Assembly (NCBI GenBank): GCA_902515745.1
Contig: CABXWB010000007.1
Location: 15,478 to 79,477, forward strand
DNA length: 64,000 bases
From: an uncultured Alphaproteobacteria bacterium
GTDB lineage: Bacteria; Pseudomonadota; Alphaproteobacteria; HIMB59; GCA-002718135
Direction: 5' to 3'
How positions within the stretch are numbered: the stretch's first letter is position 1; each line of letters starts with the position of its first letter. This document shows, in pieces, positions 61,122 through 64,000 of this stretch. Under the pieces are notes generated by a model. The model was not told the origin of the DNA. It saw only the letters and a program-made list of their open reading frames with translations, and made no database searches. Both the position numbers and the translations under genes were made by a program.

Positions 61122-62732
61122 TTGATGACAAAAAAATATGATTTCATAATAGCTGGTGGTGGAACGTCAGGAATTATAACAGCAACAAAATTAATTGATC
61201 ATGGTGCTTCTGTTTTAATTTTAGAAGAAGGTATTAAAACAAATAATTTACTTTTATCGATGCCAGCTGGTTGGATTAAGGGATTAGAAAATAGTCCATT
61301 CTTAAAATTTTATGAGTCTATTCCGCAAAAACAATTAAATAACCGTCAACATTTTATAGCACAAGCCAAAACACTAGGTGGAGGTTCAAAAGTAAATGGT
61401 ATGGTTTACATGCGAGGTAAACCATCTGATTATAATAAATGGGAAGAGGAGAGTGATGATAGTAATTGGAACTGGAACTCTTTACTCAAGCATTTTGTTA
61501 AACTTGAAGATAATCAGCGTATTAAAAATGAATATCATGGAAACAAAGGTAACTTAAAAGTTTCTGATCCTGGTTATATTGTAGAAGGTACAAACTTATA
61601 TATCAAAACAATGCAAGCTATGGGCTTGCCTTATAATGATGATTTCAATGATGGTGATCAATATGGTGTTGGAACTATGCAATACACCATTGGCAATGGC
61701 AAAAGATGCGATGTGTACAGTGCTTTTTTACAATCAAAAACTAATATTAAAAATTTAGAAGTCAAAACCAGTTCTATTGTAACAAAAGTTATTCTTGATC
61801 AAAAAAAAGCAATTGGTGTTGAGTGTGTATCAAATGGTAAACCAACTAAATATTTTGCGAATGATATTATTTTAACATCAGGAGCATACGTAACACCTAA
61901 AATTTTAATGCATTCCGGAATAGGGGAAGAAGAGCAATTACAACAATTTAATATTCCAGTAATTGAAAATTTAAAAGGTGTCGGTAAAAATTTGCAAGAT
62001 CATCATGAAGTCCCTGTTATCTCCAGAGTAAAACCTGGTTATAGTTATTATAAACAAGATGAAGGATGGCGAATGATAAAAAATGGAATTCAGTATTTAT
62101 TATTTAATTCAGGTCCTGTTCGATCTCAAGGTGTTGATAGTTGTTCTTTTTTTAATCCAGAAAATTTAGAAGATAAAAAAGATCCTAAAATTAAACTGTA
62201 TTGTGTGCCCATAATGTATACTGATAGAGATACAAAAGGCATAAAACCTGATCACGGTTTAACTCTTACATCTTGTATAATGAATCCAAAATCAAGAGGA
62301 GAGGTTAAAATTCAATCTTCCAACCCATTAGATTTACCTCTTATCGATCCAAATTTCTTAAGTCATGAAGATGATATGAATGTTATGTTAAATGCCGTAA
62401 AACTTGCAAGAAAGGTTATTCAAACAAAACCTTTATCCAATATTGTTCTGGAAGAAACAGTTCCTGGTAAATCTATTAATTCTGATGAAGATCTAATTAA
62501 TTATTCAAAAAAAATGATCAAAACAAATTGGCACCCTGTTGGAACATGTAAAATGGGCAAGGATAATGATGATATGGCAGTTTTAAATACAAAATTGGAA
62601 GTGAAGGGAATAAAAAATTTAAGAGTTTTTGATGTGTCGATGATGCCAACAATTGTTGGCGCTAATACTAATGCTCCAGCTATGGCAATAGCAGATAAAG
62701 CTACAGACTTATTATTGAGGTCAAACCACTAA
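61122..62732 (+). CDS. GMC oxidoreductase (choline dehydrogenase-like; substrate unknown)
   Basis: YDFIIAGGGTSG, LGGGSKVNGMVY, GVGKNLQDH, WHPVGTC and ANTNAP. Confidence 0.9.
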   Translation: MMTKKYDFIIAGGGTSGIITATKLIDHGASVLILEEGIKTNNLLLSMPAGWIKGLENSPFLKFYESIPQKQLNNRQHFIAQAKTLGGGSKVNGMVYMRGKPSDYNKWEEESDDSNWNWNSLLKHFVKLEDNQRIKNEYHGNKGNLKVSDPGYIVEGTNLYIKTMQAMGLPYNDDFNDGDQYGVGTMQYTIGNGKRCDVYSAFLQSKTNIKNLEVKTSSIVTKVILDQKKAIGVECVSNGKPTKYFANDIILTSGAYVTPKILMHSGIGEEEQLQQFNIPVIENLKGVGKNLQDHHEVPVISRVKPGYSYYKQDEGWRMIKNGIQYLLFNSGPVRSQGVDSCSFFNPENLEDKKDPKIKLYCVPIMYTDRDTKGIKPDHGLTLTSCIMNPKSRGEVKIQSSNPLDLPLIDPNFLSHEDDMNVMLNAVKLARKVIQTKPLSNIVLEETVPGKSINSDEDLINYSKKMIKTNWHPVGTCKMGKDNDDMAVLNTKLEVKGIKNLRVFDVSMMPTIVGANTNAPAMAIADKATDLLLRSNH

Positions 62733-62766
62733 TTTATTAATGAAAATACTAATCAATTAATATTTA

Positions 62767-62806
62767 TGGAACAAAACTCCCTCAGTCGAGAGGGCTTTAT
62801 ACCCCA
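62767..62806 (-). ncRNA. 40-nt structured element, copy 2 (unknown family)
   Basis: Minus strand TGGGGTATAAAG-CCCTC-TCGACT-GAGGG-AGTTTTGTTCCA. Confidence 0.6.
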
Positions 62807-62832
62807 TATATAGCGTGTTATTTTTTATTTAT

Positions 62833-63102
62833 CTACTCGACCAAGAAAACTAATTCTTGGCTATCTAAATCAACACCAGCATCAGTTCTAAGTTTTGCTA
62901 ATTCTGGATCTTGCATTGCTGCTTGCATTTTTTCCATCGATTCAATCTCTAAAACTTGATAAATTTTAGTTTCATCATCTTTAGGGTGGCCATATGCTAA
63001 AACTTTTATTCCATATTTTTCTCTATGAGTATCAACACTGAGAAAAAGATTTTTCCATTTTTCATAACCTTCTTTTAATTTAACATTCATAATAATTTTC
63101 AT
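62833..63102 (-). CDS. Small hypothetical protein, possible dimeric alpha/beta-barrel
   Basis: YEKWKNLF...REKYGIK...DAGV pattern; AGGA RBS. Confidence 0.75.
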   Translation of the reverse strand: MKIIMNVKLKEGYEKWKNLFLSVDTHREKYGIKVLAYGHPKDDETKIYQVLEIESMEKMQAAMQDPELAKLRTDAGVDLDSQELVFLVE

Positions 63103-63167
63103 AATACGTCCTTTTTTCTATTTCTTTTAGTTGAATATATTAGTCTATAGTTAATTAATTTAGCTAT

Positions 63168-63491
63168 TTAATTTGCTTCTATAATTACTAAATTTCTTAC
63201 AACAACATCCTCTTTATTTTCACCTAAATGTGCCAAAGCTTCTTGATAACGAGGATCATTGTAACCATCTATTGCGTCCTGCACGCTATTAAATTCAACG
63301 ACTGCTGAATATAATAAATCAAAATTCTTTTGAACATAGAATTTTGGCTCACTGCTAGCAGTAGGTACAAAATTTCCTGATTTCTTTTCTGCTTCCTCTG
63401 CAACAATATTCATAAATTTCTCTAAATATTGTCCCCATTTTTCTTCATTTTTAATTTCTTTTACTTGTCCAACCCAATATCCTTTTTTCAT
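63168..63491 (-). CDS. DUF1330-like protein
   Basis: KGYW...VVEFNSVQDA..GYNDPRYQEA...R...IIE. Confidence 0.8.
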   Translation of the reverse strand: MKKGYWVGQVKEIKNEEKWGQYLEKFMNIVAEEAEKKSGNFVPTASSEPKFYVQKNFDLLYSAVVEFNSVQDAIDGYNDPRYQEALAHLGENKEDVVVRNLVIIEAN

Positions 63492-63516
63492 AAATCCTCC
63501 TTAAAAGTAAGTTTAT

Positions 63517-63837
63517 TTACATTTCTGTAGCGCCAGTTTCTGTTCTCCAAATCAATCCATCTTTTTTTAATGCAACCATCATTAAGGCTTCTTTATCTCC
63601 AGATGCATAAGTATTAAAGCGATGTGTAACTAAAATTTCATCATTTTCATAAATACAACGAACTTTATCTTGAGTAATATTATTAAACATTTCTAATGTT
63701 TGTTCTTCACTTCCTTCACTTTTTTTAAAAACTTTATTTTGCTTATGACTAATAAATTCATGGTCTTCATGGAACAGAGCTCTGTGAGCTTTTGCATCTT
63801 TTTCTTCAAATGCTTTTTGTAATTTTTCAAATAACAT
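63517..63837 (-). CDS. NTF2/SnoaL-like protein
   Basis: ALFHEDHEF, RCIYENDEILVTH and KDGLIWRTETGAT; AGGAG RBS. Confidence 0.75.
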   Translation of the reverse strand: MLFEKLQKAFEEKDAKAHRALFHEDHEFISHKQNKVFKKSEGSEEQTLEMFNNITQDKVRCIYENDEILVTHRFNTYASGDKEALMMVALKKDGLIWRTETGATEM

Positions 63838-63953
63838 AAATCTCCTTTTGTTTTTTAAAATTTAAAATTCAAATTTTACAATTTTGTGAATATTCTATTA
63901 TCGAATAATAATTAAGTTAAGCAAAAAATATTATTAATAAAAAATAATAAATA

Positions 63954-63983
63954 TTGACGAATAGTTATTCAAACCTTTATGCT
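63954..63983 (+). promoter_or_regulatory. Possible sigma70 promoter for a gene beyond the window
   Basis: TTGACG-N18-TATGCT. Confidence 0.3.
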
Positions 63984-64000
63984 TTATTAATAAAAAGATT

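Noticed and set aside
61122-62732. Naming the GMC oxidoreductase betA
   Set aside because: Only family-level motifs; no betB/betI/transporter context.
57548-62813. Plus-strand micro-ORFs over the 40-nt elements (MGQNFSSGADFIP..., MEQNSLSREGFIP...)
   Set aside because: Substitutions are non-synonymous but preserve base pairing, there is no RBS and the lengths differ, so structure explains the conservation better.

Overview
Very AT-rich, densely packed chromosomal segment that looks like a streamlined marine alphaproteobacterium (SAR11/HIMB59-like; inferred from composition and gene content only). It carries a complete urea module (urtABCDE divergent from ureDABCEFG) next to tRNA-Arg(CCT). Other genes include an apiose-type lactonase/dehydrogenase pair, a sugar cluster (two GH32/68-clan propellers, tandem PQQ sugar dehydrogenases, reductases), pcs, an Fe-S-less (6-4)-type photolyase, alkB, a BacNav-type channel, bactofilin, a MacAB-type exporter and many DMT/MFS transporters. 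The most interesting signals are non-coding. (1) Two tandem glutamine (glnA-motif) riboswitch aptamers, with a readable anti-aptamer/RBS-hairpin platform and a short uORF, precede a circularly permuted ATP-grasp / alpha-E / transglutaminase operon. (2) A SAM-II riboswitch plus terminator precedes an uncharacterised 86-aa protein. (3) A dispersed 40-nt covarying hairpin occurs in 2 clear copies and 1 divergent copy. (4) A second dispersed element has TGTGGCAC...GTGYCACA terminal inverted repeats. No CRISPR array, integrase, transposase or phage gene was seen.
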